DNA of 64,000 nucleotides from assembly GCA_963696385.1 (NCBI GenBank), contig CAVOKF010000007.1, positions 1,120,001 to 1,184,000 of the forward strand, written 5' to 3'. The stretch's first letter is position 1. Each line of letters starts with the position of its first letter. Origin of the DNA: an uncultured delta proteobacterium (GTDB lineage: Bacteria > Myxococcota_A > Polyangia > Polyangiales > Polyangiaceae). The notes under the pieces are model-generated. The model was given only the letters and a program-made list of their open reading frames with translations, was not told the DNA's origin and did no database searches. A program made the translations under genes and the position numbers. Of the stretch, positions 10,740 to 20,388 are shown piece by piece.

Positions 10740-10755
10740 TCTAGGATCGCGCCGG

Positions 10756-11247
10756 ATGCAGGCTGTCGTTCGAGTCGAACCGATGAGCGCGGACGACTTC
10801 GCGTCCGTCGAGGCGCTCGACGAAACGACGGGCGTGCAACGCGACCAACTTTATGCCGAGCTCGCCCGGCCATGGTCTCGCCGTTGGGTGGCTCGGCATG
10901 AGTTCGACGGGGTCGTCGGGTGTGCCCTGGCGTGGCACGTCGCGGATGAGTTGCACGTGCTCAACCTCGCGACGCGTTCCGACCGACGCCGGCTGGGCAT
11001 CGGGCGTGCGCTGATGCAGGAAATGCTGCGGTATGCGCGGGAAAATCGCGTCGACCACGTCCTCCTCGAGGTGCGTCGTTCGAACGCGCCGGCGGTGGCC
11101 CTCTACCGGGCGATTGGCTTTTTCGTTACCGGCGTCCGGCAGCGCTACTACAGCGACGACGAGGACGCGGTCGAGATGATGCTGAGTCTCGACCCCACGA
11201 CAGGAAACGTCGTGCGGCGGCCCGACGAGGTGCGATTGGATGCGTGA
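10756..11247 (+). CDS. rimI: ribosomal protein S18 alanine N-acetyltransferase (GNAT)
   Basis: ELHVLNLA..RRLGIGRALM, LLEVRRSN..AVALY..GF, RQRYY..EDA. Confidence 0.88.
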   Translation: MQAVVRVEPMSADDFASVEALDETTGVQRDQLYAELARPWSRRWVARHEFDGVVGCALAWHVADELHVLNLATRSDRRRLGIGRALMQEMLRYARENRVDHVLLEVRRSNAPAVALYRAIGFFVTGVRQRYYSDDEDAVEMMLSLDPTTGNVVRRPDEVRLDA

Positions 11248-11337
11248 GATGCGGAAAAGGGCGACGAACGGCCCGGCCGCCGCCATGCACGAAGGGCACG
11301 GCCCGACCGGCGATGTTACATCTGACACCGGGTGATC

Positions 11338-14220
11338 ATGAAGCGCGTCTGCCTCTGTGTCTGCGCCGCGCTTTTGTCGGTCGTGCCCACCGCCGCTCCA
11401 GCGCAGGTGTCTTCGGCCACGACGCCCTCGGCGACGGCTCACTCGGCAGAGCCCTCCCCCCAAGCCGCCGCGACGGCGCGCGGCTCCTCCGTCGCCGACC
11501 GTCCCCTCGCGACCGCGCGTGCAGCGGCGCTGGCATCGGAATACGCGACGGCCGAGAAGGCTCTGCTCGCCATCGACGGCGCCGATCGCGCCGCGGCGCG
11601 CCTGGCGCTTGCGCGCGCCATGCTCGAGCAGGGTCGATTCTCCGACGCCGATCGTTATGCGACGCAGGCCCTCGCAAACCCCGCCCAGCGAGCCGCGGGC
11701 ATCGCTCTGCGCGGCGAGATCCTCGCCGCGCAGGGCAGACTCGACGAGGCGATCAAACTCCTCGAGCCCGTCAAAGACTCTCCGGGCACGGGAGGCCGTC
11801 GCGTCCGACTCGAGCTCGGCGAGCTTCTGATTCGTTCGGGTCGACGTGCCGACGCGGAACCCGTTCTGCTGAAATTCGCCGACGAGTACGACAACGACGA
11901 CATCGCGCAGACCGACGCCGAAGGCCTCGCCATGCTGGGACGCGCGATGCACCTGCTTCGGCATCCCAAGGACGCGAACCGCGCGTTCAACGAGAGCGAA
12001 CGCGCACAGAGGGGTCGCGTCGAAACGCTTCTCTGGCGAGCCGACCTCTACATCGACAAGTACGATCCCGGCCACGCGGAAGAAGTCCTGAATGAAGCCC
12101 TGAAAATCGCGCCTCATCGCGCCGACGCCTTGGTCGCACTCGCGCGCGTCAAAGTCGAGGAGACCTTCGATTTCGAAGCCGCCGAAGGCCTGATTCGCGA
12201 GGCGCTCGCCGTCGACCCGAAGCACACGGCGGCCTTCGCGGTACGGGCCGGCATCGCGCTGCGCGACATGAACTTGACTGCGGCCAACGCCGCCATCGAC
12301 GCCGGCCTCGCCGTCGACCCGAGCCAGCTCGAGCTTTTGAGCCTTCGCGCAGCCGCTCGCTTTCTTGCCGACGATACGGCCGGTTTCGAGACGGCAAAGC
12401 ACGACCTCTTTGCGCGCAACGCGGAGTTCAGCGAGGCCTACGGAATCGTCGGCGAGTACGCCGAGTGGGAGCACCGCTACGGCGACGTCGTGACCATGAT
12501 GAAAGAAGCCGTGGCGCTCGACCCGAGGGATAGCAAGGCGTGGGCCCAGCTGGGACTGATGCAGACTCGGTCGGGCGACGAAGCGGCGGGGGTGAAATCG
12601 CTCGAAGAGGCTTGGAGGCAAGACCACTTCAACGTGCGGGTCTACAATACGCTCGAGCTTCTCTACGGCTCGTGGATCCCGCAACAGTACGACGAGCGGC
12701 CATCGGGCATTTTCAATATCCGATATCCCAAGGACGAGGATGCGATCCTCGAGCGGTACGTCCCTCGTCTGCTCGGTCAAGCTTGGGGTGAGATGAAGAT
12801 TCATTACATGTTTGCGCCGACGACTCCCGTCGCGGTCGAGCTGTACCGCGAGCGGCAGCACTTCAGCGTACGCACGAGCGGTCTGCCGAACATCGGCATC
12901 CAAGGCGTCTGTTTCGGGCATGTCGTCGCCGCGATGAGCCCCAACAGCGAGCCGTTCAATTGGGGCAACGTCTTGTGGCACGAACTCGCCCACGTTTTCG
13001 CCATCCAGCTGTCGAACAACCGCGTGCCCCGATGGTTTACCGAAGGGTTGTCTGAATACGAGACGATGATCCGCAGGCGCGAATGGCAACGAGAGCTCGA
13101 CCCGGAGCTTTACATCGCGCTGAAGAAAGGCCAATTGCCGGCGGCGTTGGAGATGAACGCCGCGTTCACACATGCCGAAGGCGATCTGGACGTGACCGTC
13201 GCGTATTACGCCGCGAGTCAGATGCTCGCATTCACGGCCGAGCAATTCGGCTTCCCAGGAATCACCCGGGCGCTCGCGCTCTGGGGGGAGGGCAAGACGA
13301 CCGCCGATGTGATTCGCACCGCGTTCGGCGTCTCGCCAGCCGATTACGACGCGCGCTTTCGCGCCTGGGCCGCGCGTCGGCTCGCGCGCTACGATGGGCA
13401 ATACATCTTCTCACCGCCGACCACGGCGTTCGACGAGGCCCGAGCCCAGGCCACCGCGCGACCCGATAGCGCTCCGGCGCGCGTCGCGTATGCCGTCGCG
13501 CTCTTGCGCGCTCACAAGTCGGACGACGCGAGCCGCGAGATCGACGCGGCGCTCAAGATCGACCCGAAAAATATGGACGCGCTGTTCGTTGCGGCCAAGC
13601 TCGCGGCAACGGCCAAGGACACGCAACATCAGGAGATCTACTTGCGGGCGATCCAGTCCGCGGGCGGTGACGGATACGCCGTGCAGATGGCGTTGGCGGA
13701 CGCCGCCGAGTCCCGGCATCAGCGCTCGGCCAAGCTCGCGGCTCTCCAAGCCGCGCATCGGTTCGATCCGACCCAGGCCGATCCGCTGCGCGCCCTTTTC
13801 GACGCCGCGAACGACGACAAGCGTGACGCCGACGCGCTTGCCGCGCTGCGCGAGCTGGCAGAGCTCGATCAGCACGACCGACGCGTATGGGACCTGCTCA
13901 TCGACAAGCTCGTCACGCTCAAACGCTGGGACGAGGCCAAGGTCGTCGGCGAAAGCGCGCTCTACGTCGACCTCGAGAACGCGGCCGTACACGTGGCCTA
14001 CGCGCAGGCTCTATCGGCGACGGGGGACCACGAGACGGCGGCTTTCGAGCTCGAAAGCGCGCTCGTCTGCGAAGCGGACCCAGCCGAAAAAGCAAAAGCT
14101 CACGCGCTACTCGCTCGAGAACGGCTGACGCTCGGCGACCTCGGCGCGGCGCGTGCGCATCGGGACGAGGCTCTTCGCCTCGATCCGGCCAATGTCGATG
14201 CGCGGGCTCTGAAGCTCTAG
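11338..14220 (+). CDS. secreted TPR-repeat protein with central zinc metallopeptidase (MA clan, gluzincin-like) domain
   Basis: Signal peptide (..AAPA-Q), TPR-like helical repeats on both sides, LWHELAH and PRWFTEGLSEY. Confidence 0.8.
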   Translation: MKRVCLCVCAALLSVVPTAAPAQVSSATTPSATAHSAEPSPQAAATARGSSVADRPLATARAAALASEYATAEKALLAIDGADRAAARLALARAMLEQGRFSDADRYATQALANPAQRAAGIALRGEILAAQGRLDEAIKLLEPVKDSPGTGGRRVRLELGELLIRSGRRADAEPVLLKFADEYDNDDIAQTDAEGLAMLGRAMHLLRHPKDANRAFNESERAQRGRVETLLWRADLYIDKYDPGHAEEVLNEALKIAPHRADALVALARVKVEETFDFEAAEGLIREALAVDPKHTAAFAVRAGIALRDMNLTAANAAIDAGLAVDPSQLELLSLRAAARFLADDTAGFETAKHDLFARNAEFSEAYGIVGEYAEWEHRYGDVVTMMKEAVALDPRDSKAWAQLGLMQTRSGDEAAGVKSLEEAWRQDHFNVRVYNTLELLYGSWIPQQYDERPSGIFNIRYPKDEDAILERYVPRLLGQAWGEMKIHYMFAPTTPVAVELYRERQHFSVRTSGLPNIGIQGVCFGHVVAAMSPNSEPFNWGNVLWHELAHVFAIQLSNNRVPRWFTEGLSEYETMIRRREWQRELDPELYIALKKGQLPAALEMNAAFTHAEGDLDVTVAYYAASQMLAFTAEQFGFPGITRALALWGEGKTTADVIRTAFGVSPADYDARFRAWAARRLARYDGQYIFSPPTTAFDEARAQATARPDSAPARVAYAVALLRAHKSDDASREIDAALKIDPKNMDALFVAAKLAATAKDTQHQEIYLRAIQSAGGDGYAVQMALADAAESRHQRSAKLAALQAAHRFDPTQADPLRALFDAANDDKRDADALAALRELAELDQHDRRVWDLLIDKLVTLKRWDEAKVVGESALYVDLENAAVHVAYAQALSATGDHETAAFELESALVCEADPAEKAKAHALLARERLTLGDLGAARAHRDEALRLDPANVDARALKL

Positions 14221-14248
14221 CGTCTAGCTCTAACGCCCGCCCCCCTGG

Positions 14249-16048
14249 TCAGAGGCCGAGAGCGAGGGATCCCTCGCGGCGCGGCTCCGCGACCCCCACC
14301 CACAAATCGTGGACGCGACCGATCGCGGGCGCGTCCGCGAGGTGAGCCGTTTCTTTGATGGCGTGGCCCATTCGTGCAAGCACACCTCGCACGGCATCGG
14401 GGATGCCGTGAGGTTCGAACACGAGTACGTCCGGCAAGTCCTGCTGGTGAAACCTCGGCGCGCTCACTGCGTCGCCGACGTCCATTCCGAAGTCGACGAC
14501 GTTCGACATCTCCTCGAAGACGGTCGTGATGATGCGCGAGCCTCCAGCGGCTCCGAGAACGAGCTCGGGTTCGTCGCCCGGGCCGAGGACGATGGTGGGC
14601 GACATCGAGGACAACATGCGTTTTCCCGCCGCGATGGCGTTCGGCTCGCCCTGAACGAGTCCGAACATGTTCGCGGCGCCGGGGGCGACGGCAAAGTCGT
14701 CCATCTCGTCATTGAGGACGAAGCCGAGACCCGGCACGGTGACGCCGCTGCCGAACCAGGCATTCAGGGTGGTCGTCAGCGCAACGGCGTTACCCTCCGC
14801 GTCCGCGACGGACATGTGCGTGGTGTGCGGGCCACCGCTCGACGCCGGGGCGATGCCCGGAAAGAGGGCCTCGGTCGGAGTCGCACGATCGATCCGAATC
14901 GATGCGCGCTGCTGCGCGGCCCAGGCATCGCTCAGGAGCTCGCCGATCGGGTTGGTCACGAAGTCGGGGTCGCCCAACTTGGCGTTGCGTGCCGCGAACG
15001 CACGCCGCATCGCTTCCGCGGCCAGATGAACGTGCTCCGCGGAGTGCCAGCCGAGGTCGTGCAAATCCCAGCCGGATAGAAGGTGCGCAACCATGCCGAT
15101 CGTGACGCCTCCGGACGACGGGGGCGGCATCCCGATGACGTGCTTGCCGCGGTACGCGTACTCGACGGGCGGGCGCCATTTGGCTCGATAGGCCATGAGG
15201 TCGGCTTGGGTGACGAGGCCGCCGCCCTCCATCATCGCACGGGCGATCGCTTCGGCGACCGGACCCTCGTAAAAACCCGCCGGCCCCTCCGCGGCGATCC
15301 GACGCAGGACGTTGGCGAGCTCGGGGTCGCGCCACGACGTGCCCGGCTGGGGCGGCGCACCGTTCGGCAAAAAGAGCGCCGCGGATGCCGGGAAGCTCGC
15401 CAGGTGATCCTGGGCGAGCGAGATCGTCTTCGCGAATGGCGGATCGACGGCGAAGCCCCCTTCGGCCAGGTCGATCGCGGGCCTGAGGAGCTCCGACCAG
15501 GACCGCCTCTTCGATCCGAGCTTGTGCCACGCCTCCCAAAGGCCGGCGACCGAGCCGGGAACGCCGACCGATCGCCAGCCGACGCGCGAATCGCGCGTCG
15601 GCTTTCCGTCCGGACCCACGTACATCGTCGGAGTCGCAGACGCGGGGGCCACTTCGCGAAAGTCGAGTGCGTACGACGCATGATCCACTCGAGCGACGAG
15701 GAATCCTCCGCCGCCGAGATTGCCGGCCGTCGGGAAGGCCACCGCGAGCACGAACGCCGCCGCGACGGCGGCGTCGACCGCGTTGCCTCCCGCCCGAAGC
15801 ACTTCGGCCCCGGCTCTCGTGGCAAGCGCGTTGTCGGTCGTGATCATGCCGCGTTCCGAGTGCGGGGAGGAGCCCTGGCGGAGCGGCCAGTCGTCCGGAG
15901 AGCGGGGGACAGGCGACGAGGTGGGCGGCGGGGCGAGCTGGGCACTCCCGGACGCCCGTTGCGCCGCAAAGGGTCGGTCGCACGAGCCGGTGGCGACCAC
16001 GATTGCGGCGAGCACGACCCGGGCGAAGGCAGCCGACGTCTTGCGCAT
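14249..16048 (-). CDS. ggt: gamma-glutamyltransferase
   Basis: GGNAVDAAVA, GNLGGGGF, LDFRE, PPPSSGG, catalytic TTHMS, LNDEMDDF, SSMSP; lipoprotein-like signal. Confidence 0.95.
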   Translation of the reverse strand: MRKTSAAFARVVLAAIVVATGSCDRPFAAQRASGSAQLAPPPTSSPVPRSPDDWPLRQGSSPHSERGMITTDNALATRAGAEVLRAGGNAVDAAVAAAFVLAVAFPTAGNLGGGGFLVARVDHASYALDFREVAPASATPTMYVGPDGKPTRDSRVGWRSVGVPGSVAGLWEAWHKLGSKRRSWSELLRPAIDLAEGGFAVDPPFAKTISLAQDHLASFPASAALFLPNGAPPQPGTSWRDPELANVLRRIAAEGPAGFYEGPVAEAIARAMMEGGGLVTQADLMAYRAKWRPPVEYAYRGKHVIGMPPPSSGGVTIGMVAHLLSGWDLHDLGWHSAEHVHLAAEAMRRAFAARNAKLGDPDFVTNPIGELLSDAWAAQQRASIRIDRATPTEALFPGIAPASSGGPHTTHMSVADAEGNAVALTTTLNAWFGSGVTVPGLGFVLNDEMDDFAVAPGAANMFGLVQGEPNAIAAGKRMLSSMSPTIVLGPGDEPELVLGAAGGSRIITTVFEEMSNVVDFGMDVGDAVSAPRFHQQDLPDVLVFEPHGIPDAVRGVLARMGHAIKETAHLADAPAIGRVHDLWVGVAEPRREGSLALGL

Positions 16049-16061
16049 GGTATATTTCGAC

Positions 16062-17162
16062 ATGTCTCCGACTCAGCCGCCCGACACGGTTTCACTCGAG
16101 GTCATCGAGAAGCTCCCGAAGACCGATTTGCACGTCCATCTCGACGGATTGTTGCGCCTGGCGACCATCCTCGAACTCGCCGAGCGACAGAGGATTGACC
16201 TGCCCGCGCGAGATCCCGACGGGCTGCGCCAGGCCATGCACCTTGGCCAGAACTGCGGAAGCCTCATCGAGTACCTGAAAGCCTTCGACGTGACCCTGCG
16301 CGTGATGCAATGCGCGGAATCGCTCCGGCGCATTGCGTACGAGCTCGCCGAAGACGCGGCGCGCGAGAACGTCCGTTACATGGAGGTGCGCTACGCGCCG
16401 ATGCTGCACACCCGGCGCGGGCTCAGGCTGACGACGGTCGTCGAGAGTGTGCTCGAGGGGCTCCGCGCTGCGCAAGAGCGACACGGAATCGAGTCGAACG
16501 TCATCATTTGCGGCATCCGAAACGTGTCCGCGGAGCATTCTCTCGAAATGGCAGAGCTGGCGGTCGCTTACAAGAACCGCGGCGTCGTCGGCTTCGATCT
16601 GGCCGGCGCCGAGTACGACCACCCGGCCAAGCACCACAAGGCGGCCTTCCAGCTCGTTCGGGACAACAACATCAACGTGACGATCCATGCGGGCGAGGCC
16701 TACGGCCCCGAGTCGATCGCCCAGGCGATCCACGTCTGCGGCGCCCATCGCGTCGGCCACGGATGCCGTCTGCGCGAGAACGGGGATCTCTTGCACTACG
16801 TGAACGACCACCGAATTCCACTCGAATGCTGCCCGTCATCGAACGTGCAAACCGGCGCAATTCGGGATTTGTCGAGCCATCCCCTCAGGCTCTACAAAAA
16901 CCTGGGCCTGCGCGTCACCATCAACACCGACAATCGATTGATCACCGATACCACGGTGAGCCGCGAACTCTGGCTATGCCACACGCAACTCGGGATGAGT
17001 CTCGGGGACATCAAACAGATCATCTTGAGCGGTTTCAAGAGCGCCTTCTTGCCGTTTCACGTCAAGCAGCAGTACCTGCGCAAGGTCAGTGACGAACTCG
17101 GCGCGGTCCACGTCGATCGCGCCGAGGATCCGGCCGAGCCCCGCCCTGCCCTCGCGTCCTGA
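16062..17162 (+). CDS. add: adenosine deaminase
   Basis: LPKTDLHVHLDG, YMEVRYAP, GFDLAGAE, HAGE, RVGHG, CPSSN, NTDN. Confidence 0.92.
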   Translation: MSPTQPPDTVSLEVIEKLPKTDLHVHLDGLLRLATILELAERQRIDLPARDPDGLRQAMHLGQNCGSLIEYLKAFDVTLRVMQCAESLRRIAYELAEDAARENVRYMEVRYAPMLHTRRGLRLTTVVESVLEGLRAAQERHGIESNVIICGIRNVSAEHSLEMAELAVAYKNRGVVGFDLAGAEYDHPAKHHKAAFQLVRDNNINVTIHAGEAYGPESIAQAIHVCGAHRVGHGCRLRENGDLLHYVNDHRIPLECCPSSNVQTGAIRDLSSHPLRLYKNLGLRVTINTDNRLITDTTVSRELWLCHTQLGMSLGDIKQIILSGFKSAFLPFHVKQQYLRKVSDELGAVHVDRAEDPAEPRPALAS

Positions 17163-17179
17163 GGGGTAAAGCTCCTGCT

Positions 17180-17216
17180 CCAGATTTCGTGGCCAGATTT
17201 CGTGGCCAGATTTCGT
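17180..17216. repeat. 13-bp tandem repeat CCAGATTTCGTGG x2.8
   Basis: Units at 17180-17192, 17193-17205 and a partial unit at 17206-17216; intergenic. Confidence 0.9.
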
Positions 17217-17299
17217 AGATCGCGGGCGGGCGCGGCAACCGTGGCCAGTGCGATCGCGGCGTCGCGGGACCAAGTCGAGCATGCTAAGAGCGCACGTTC

Positions 17300-18304
17300 A
17301 TGGTCGAGCCCAAGTCGCCCGCCACGGACCCCGCACTGTCGCTACGAATGCGCGATCGAGGCGAGGCCGCAGCCGCGAGCACGACACGATCGCAAATCGA
17401 CCACGTGTTTTCGGCACTCGAAGCGGCCGCTCTGGCCGCCGAGGGTCGAGGCGCCGACGAGGTCCTCGCATCGGTCGGCATCGACGACTTCCGCGCGGCG
17501 GTGAAAGTGGACGCGAGAGCCGTGCGCGCTCGCCTCGATCGCGTCGTGATGGGGGACGACCCCGAGCGCGGGCTCGACGAGTTGCTCGAAGCCGGCGCTC
17601 TGGCCGCGCTTTTTCCAGAGGTGCACGCGATGGTCGGCTTTGGCGACGCCGAGTGGCGCCACAAGGACGTCTGGAAGCACACGAAGCAAGTGGTGCGACA
17701 ATCGGTTCCGCGGTTGGAGGTTCGCTGGGCGGCACTCTTCCACGACGTCGGTAAGGTCAAGACCCGGTCGATCGCTCCCGACGGAAAGGTCCACTTTTTG
17801 GGACACGCCGAGGTGGGCACTCGGATGTTCGAAAAGCTCGACCGACGACTGGGTCTCTTTGCCCACGAACCGTCGCTCAAAGCCACGGTGCGTTTTCTCA
17901 TCCTGCATCACTTGCGCGCCAATCAATATTCACCCGATTGGACCGACAGTGCGGTGCGTCGGTTCGCCCGCGAGCTCGGCGAACACCTCGACGACCTGCT
18001 GTGCCTCGCTCGAGCCGACATCACGACGAAGCGCCCCGAGAAGAAGCGCCGCGGGCTTCAACAGATCGAAGATCTTCAATTGCGCATTGCGCGGTTGGCC
18101 GAGGAGGAGGCTCGGTTGCCACCGCTGCCGAGCGGAATTGGCGACGCCATCATGAAGGCATTCGGGCTACCCCCCTCGCGGAAAGTCGGCGACATCAAGC
18201 GAAAACTGGAGGATGCCGTGGAGGCTGCGGAAATCGCCTCACGGCTGGACGCCGATGCGTACATCGCGTTCCTGCGCTCGAACTCGGAGCGCTTCGGGAT
18301 CTGA
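17300..18304 (+). CDS. HD-domain protein resembling the C-terminal half of CCA-adding enzyme/poly(A) polymerase
   Basis: GLDELLEAGALAALFPEV, HKDVWKHT, AALFHDVGK, HFLGHAEVG, LHHLR, AVRRF, LARAD, GLPPSRKVG; no DxD nucleotidyltransferase domain seen. Confidence 0.78.
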   Translation: MVEPKSPATDPALSLRMRDRGEAAAASTTRSQIDHVFSALEAAALAAEGRGADEVLASVGIDDFRAAVKVDARAVRARLDRVVMGDDPERGLDELLEAGALAALFPEVHAMVGFGDAEWRHKDVWKHTKQVVRQSVPRLEVRWAALFHDVGKVKTRSIAPDGKVHFLGHAEVGTRMFEKLDRRLGLFAHEPSLKATVRFLILHHLRANQYSPDWTDSAVRRFARELGEHLDDLLCLARADITTKRPEKKRRGLQQIEDLQLRIARLAEEEARLPPLPSGIGDAIMKAFGLPPSRKVGDIKRKLEDAVEAAEIASRLDADAYIAFLRSNSERFGI

Positions 18305-18316
18305 TTCGAGTTCCCA

Positions 18317-18392
18317 TCTTAGTAGAGCGCCAGCCTGCAACGCAGGCGTACCCAGCGCAGCTGGGTACCGCTTAGCGGGGCGCTGTACTAAG
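18317..18392. repeat. MITE/REP-like element, copy 1 (14-bp terminal inverted repeats, three internal hairpins)
   Basis: CTTAGTAGAGCGCC (18318-18331) and GGCGCTGTACTAAG (18379-18392) match 13/14 as inverted repeats; second copy at 44631-44700. Confidence 0.85.
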
Positions 18393-20388
18393 GCGCCTTT
18401 GCCGCACGCTGCCCGATCGCGCTCACCGCCTCGCCGAGGAGCTCGTCTTTGCGCATGCAGGGATAGCAGTCGGCCGCGCTCAAGAACCCGCATCCACGTA
18501 CCGAAGCGAGCTGCTGAAGGACCGGCAGCAACCTGGCGTCGCCCTGGTCGCGAGCCCGCTCCAGAAGGGCATGTTTCGCCTCGCACCCCTTGGTCTCACG
18601 CAGATCCAGCACCACCCCGAGCGCGGGGCTCGCGCGCGCGCGGACCTGGTCGATGAGGAGAGATCGCTTCGCGCGCGCCGCCGCTTGCGGATAAAGATGA
18701 CCGGATGCGCCGAACGCGATGTCGTACAAGATGTCGATGCCACGAGCGCCCATCTTGGATTCGAGGATCTGAAAGGCCTCCTCCTGCGCCTCTCTGAAGA
18801 GGGCCGCGTTGCGCACGTCTTCCTGTAGCTTGAGATCGGCGGCCCCCGCGGGCTCCGCGTCGAGCCAGAGTCCCGCCTCTCGCATAGCCTCGCGCGCGTT
18901 GCGCACGCCGGTGTACGCCTTCTCGAGACCGACGTGCACTTCGGCACGATCGGGGTTGGCTCTCTCGACTGTCGTCAGTTGATCGATAGCCGTCGCGAAA
19001 TCGCCCTTTTCGATATTGGCTTGCGCCGACGCGACGACGTCGTCGGCTTTTGGGTCAGCCCGCGGAGCGCGGGACGACACGACAGCTCCGGCGGGGGTCG
19101 AGGCGCCCGCGGTCGTTCCCCGGCGCGCCGCGTGCGCGACCAGGAGGCCCATCATCACCAGCGCCGCTGCAATTGCCACCTTCATTCGGCGCGTGGCCCA
19201 TCGGGGCGCCGCGCGAACGACCTGACCGAGCGATGCACCGAAGAGCGACACCAGGCTCTGCTGACTCGTCGCCGACGAAGCGACAGGCTTCGACGGCCCA
19301 CGGGCGGAAGGGTTCGGAGCCGTGCCGGCTCCGCTGAACCGAGGACCGCTCGGGCGAGGCGCGCGAGCGACCGCCGGAAGCTCGCCGATGAGCCCGCGCG
19401 CGGTGAGCTGCGCCGTCACCCAATCGAGCTCTTCGATGAGCTCCTTTGCACTCTCGAAACGAGCCGCGGCGTCTTTGGCGAGCAACTTCGTGACAATCGT
19501 ATCGAGCTCCACGGGAATGTCCGCGTCCGGGGCGCGCTCGGTCATCCGGGGAACGGGGGCGGTCACGTGCATGCCCAGAAGCGTGACCTTGCTTTCGTGA
19601 TCGTAGGGACGACCGCCCGTCAACATTTCGAACAGGATCGCGCCGAGAGCATACAAATCGGCGCGAGCGTCTACGGCCTCCCCGAGCGCTTGCTCGGGCG
19701 CCATGTACTCGGGCGTGCCGTACACCATCCCGAGCTGCGTCAACACCTGACCGGTCACGTTCGATTCGCCGATCAGCTCGCCAACGGGGACCTTCGCGAT
19801 TCCGAAGTCGAGCACTTTGACGAAGTTCGGATCGTCCTCGCGCGACACCAACATCACGTTCTCGGGTTTGAGATCCCGGTGCACGATTCCGAGAGCGTGA
19901 GCCCGGCTGAGACCGCTTGCCATCTGCCGGGCGATATGGAGCGCCGAACCGCAGTCGAGAGAGGCCTCGGCGATGGCCTCGCGCAAGCTTCTTCCCTCGA
20001 CGTACTCGAGGACCAAGAAGAACGAGCCGTCTTCGAGTTTTCCAAAGTCGGTCGCCGACGCGACGTTGGGGTGCTCGATATGGGCGGCGGCCATCGCTTC
20101 GCGTTCGAAGCGGGCGACGACCTCCGGGAGGCGGCTCATCTCTCCGTGAAGCACCTTGACGGCCAGACGCTTGTGCATGTGCATGTGCTCGGCCAGGTAG
20201 ACGGCGCCCATTCCACCCTGGCCGATGACGCGTTCGATAAGATAGCGACCGCTCAGCACCACCCCGACGAGCGACGCCGGACTGCTAGGCCGTGCACCGG
20301 GCCGCTCGACCTTGCGTTCGGCGCGACCGGGAGCCTGCCGGGGCTCCTCGGATTTCGTCGCAGCGCCACGGTCGGAGGGGGTGCTCAT
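18388..20388 (-). CDS. membrane serine/threonine protein kinase (Hanks type)
   Basis: GQGGMGAVY, AVKVL, HRDLKPEN, DFG, GTPEYMAPE; Pro-rich linker, TM segment, helical extracytoplasmic domain with terminal Cys cluster. Confidence 0.93.
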   Translation of the reverse strand: MSTPSDRGAATKSEEPRQAPGRAERKVERPGARPSSPASLVGVVLSGRYLIERVIGQGGMGAVYLAEHMHMHKRLAVKVLHGEMSRLPEVVARFEREAMAAAHIEHPNVASATDFGKLEDGSFFLVLEYVEGRSLREAIAEASLDCGSALHIARQMASGLSRAHALGIVHRDLKPENVMLVSREDDPNFVKVLDFGIAKVPVGELIGESNVTGQVLTQLGMVYGTPEYMAPEQALGEAVDARADLYALGAILFEMLTGGRPYDHESKVTLLGMHVTAPVPRMTERAPDADIPVELDTIVTKLLAKDAAARFESAKELIEELDWVTAQLTARGLIGELPAVARAPRPSGPRFSGAGTAPNPSARGPSKPVASSATSQQSLVSLFGASLGQVVRAAPRWATRRMKVAIAAALVMMGLLVAHAARRGTTAGASTPAGAVVSSRAPRADPKADDVVASAQANIEKGDFATAIDQLTTVERANPDRAEVHVGLEKAYTGVRNAREAMREAGLWLDAEPAGAADLKLQEDVRNAALFREAQEEAFQILESKMGARGIDILYDIAFGASGHLYPQAAARAKRSLLIDQVRARASPALGVVLDLRETKGCEAKHALLERARDQGDARLLPVLQQLASVRGCGFLSAADCYPCMRKDELLGEAVSAIGQRAAKAP

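Noticed and set aside
17180..17216. Short repeats here and at 27914 and 30767 as CRISPR arrays
   Set aside because: Tandem units without unique spacers; no cas genes in the window
18317..18392. Cloverleaf element as a tRNA gene
   Set aside because: No TTCGA T-loop or D-loop GG, and loops are only about 3 nt
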